Below the pieces are notes generated by a model, which was given only the letters and a program-made list of their open reading frames with translations, was not told the origin of the DNA and ran no database searches. The position numbers were made by a program, and so were the translations under genes. From assembly GCA_964524485.1 (NCBI GenBank), contig CAZGFR010000004.1, positions 3,036 through 67,035 of the forward strand: DNA of 64,000 bases. The letters are read 5' to 3'. Source of the stretch: an uncultured Anaerolineaceae bacterium (GTDB lineage Bacteria > Chloroflexota > Anaerolineae > Anaerolineales > Villigracilaceae). Shown piece by piece: positions 62,879-64,000 of the stretch (positions within the stretch are counted from its first letter, which is position 1; every line of letters begins with the position of its first letter).

Positions 62879-62907
62879 GAATTGGTGACTTATACTTCAC
62901 TCTTGAG
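62879..62907 (-). promoter_or_regulatory. Candidate sigma70 promoter (TTGTCA -17- TATAAG) for the glycosyltransferase-NHL gene
   Basis: The minus strand reads aacTTGTCAgaacctcaagagtgaagTATAAGtcacc. It lies ~31 nt upstream of ATG 62857. Confidence 0.4.
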
Positions 62908-62933
62908 GTTCTGACAAGTTGCCGAATCGGCCC

Positions 62934-63602
62934 CTACGGCGTGCTCATCGTGTATTCCGCCTGGGGAGTGATCGTGACCGTGGAGGAGGGAGTCCGCGAG
63001 CCGACCAGCGGGGTGACAGAACACATCGGGATCGATAGCTCGGCTGGCAGGGACTCCGCCGTCAGGCGATTGTAGGCCATCAGGACGTCTTTGGAGATGG
63101 AGAATTGCCGCGCAATGTCGTCCAACGTATCGCCCGCCTGGACCTGGTAGCGGATCGACTTGCACTTGGGCAGGCTCAGCAGCGTGGACGTGATCGGCGC
63201 GGACGGGGTGGGCACCAGCAGGGCGGTGGCCGTCAGCGCCTGGGTGGGATGAGGCCCGCGGCCTGCCCCGCGCGGAACCCCCAATGTAAGGATGATCGCC
63301 AGCAGGACGACCAGTAGAACAGGGGCTGCGACCCATCGGTTGGCAAATGTCGTGGCTGGCTGGCTAACCTTGACCCGTTGCAAGACCTCCTCCAGCGAGA
63401 GGGGCGCATGGGACGCAGGCAAATGGGCTTGCAGGCTTTTTCGCAGAGTCCCTTCCAGGCTCGTCAGTTCGGCCTCATAACGACGGCACTCGTCGCAGCC
63501 CGCGAGATGACCCTCCAGCGCGGCACGCTGCTCGGGGGACAGGGCCAGGTCCACGGCGGAGTCCAGCCAGGCGCGGGCCTGCAAATGGCTGATGGGGTTC
63601 AT
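62934..63602 (-). CDS. Anti-sigma factor (zf-HC2) with single TM and extracytoplasmic C-terminal LysM domain
   Basis: The zf-HC2 motif reads HLAGCDECRRYEAEL. The TM segment reads WVAAPVLLVVLLAIILTLGV. The LysM domain reads YQVQAGDTLDDIARQFSISKDVLMAYNRL. The start is taken at ATG 63602; the ORF-track start is a TTG at 63620. Confidence 0.75.
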   Translation of the reverse strand: MNPISHLQARAWLDSAVDLALSPEQRAALEGHLAGCDECRRYEAELTSLEGTLRKSLQAHLPASHAPLSLEEVLQRVKVSQPATTFANRWVAAPVLLVVLLAIILTLGVPRGAGRGPHPTQALTATALLVPTPSAPITSTLLSLPKCKSIRYQVQAGDTLDDIARQFSISKDVLMAYNRLTAESLPAELSIPMCSVTPLVGSRTPSSTVTITPQAEYTMSTP

Positions 63603-63606
63603 GGGG

Positions 63607-64000
63607 TCATTCTCCAGCAAGTTTCCTCAACTCGACTCGCAATCGTTCACGGGCGGTGTGCAGACGCGAATGGATCGTGCCTTCGTTCACGCTGAGCATC
63701 TCGGCAATCTCCGCCACCGACAGGTCGTTGTAATATCGAAGGACAAGCGGGATGCGGTGCTTGTCGTCCATGGACGAGACAGCCTGCCAGATGAAGCGTT
63801 CCTTCTCATTCTGGATGACGACCTCCTCGGGCAGGGGGCGCTGCGCATCCATGCGGAGGAGGGAGGTCAGTGTCTGCTTGAGGCGGTCCAGACTCCTGTG
63901 CTTGCGCAATCGGCTGCGGCTGAGATTGAGGGCGATGGTGAACAGCCAGGCTTTGAAGGAGGTCTGATCCCGATAGGCGCGCAGGGACCTCAACGCCGCG
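63607..64000 (-). CDS. ECF-type sigma-70 family RNA polymerase sigma factor; N-terminus outside the window
   Basis: Region 2 reads FKAWLFTIALNLSRSRLRK and region 4 reads LSVAEIAEMLSVNEGTIHSRLHTARERLR. The reading frame stays open to the window edge. Confidence 0.8.
   Translation of the reverse strand, partial: AALRSLRAYRDQTSFKAWLFTIALNLSRSRLRKHRSLDRLKQTLTSLLRMDAQRPLPEEVVIQNEKERFIWQAVSSMDDKHRIPLVLRYYNDLSVAEIAEMLSVNEGTIHSRLHTARERLRVELRKLAGE

Overview
This is a high-GC bacterial chromosomal segment. Gene content (SEDS-PBP fusion behind an FHA pair, TrmFO, type-2 IPP isomerase, many HAMP/GAF sensors, SH3b and NHL surface proteins) suggests a Chloroflexota/Anaerolineae-like organism; that placement is inference only. 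I support about 50 protein genes and one tRNA-Gly(CCC), and I saw no rRNA, CRISPR array, transposase or integrase. Housekeeping genes include an M20 amidohydrolase (partial), purA, guaB, a plsC-like acyltransferase, a 7Fe-type ferredoxin, mtnP, hflX, trmFO, a polyprenyl synthase, fni, acpP and sucCD. Several sigma70-type promoters and rho-independent terminators can be read directly, and four genes appear to be leaderless. The dominant feature is a 27-kb co-directional block of 14 genes on the minus strand (50840 down to 23695). It encodes two stand-alone CheY-like receivers, eight paralogous membrane receptors, an orphan lipoprotein SBP, an orphan ParA-type ATPase, one cytoplasmic PAS/GAF hybrid histidine kinase and a threonine-synthase-like PLP enzyme fused to a receiver. 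The eight receptors have variable inputs but a constant coiled-coil/HAMP-GAF-GAF-like module and no recognisable output domain. Each ends in a truncated GAF N-terminal 'head', and the kinase begins with a 'headless' GAF-like body. I read this as a candidate undescribed receptor-array-like signalling system built from GAF modules instead of MCP/CheA/CheW parts. Other items worth a second look are a SEDS glycosyltransferase fused to a PBP domain lacking all three catalytic motifs, a low-GC three-gene islet with an AbiEii-like nucleotidyltransferase, a 31-nt 9-mer-periodic intergenic repeat at two loci, and a giant glycosyltransferase-Zn-ribbon-NHL fusion behind an ECF sigma / LysM anti-sigma pair. 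All functional calls rest on motif reading by eye; no database search was run.
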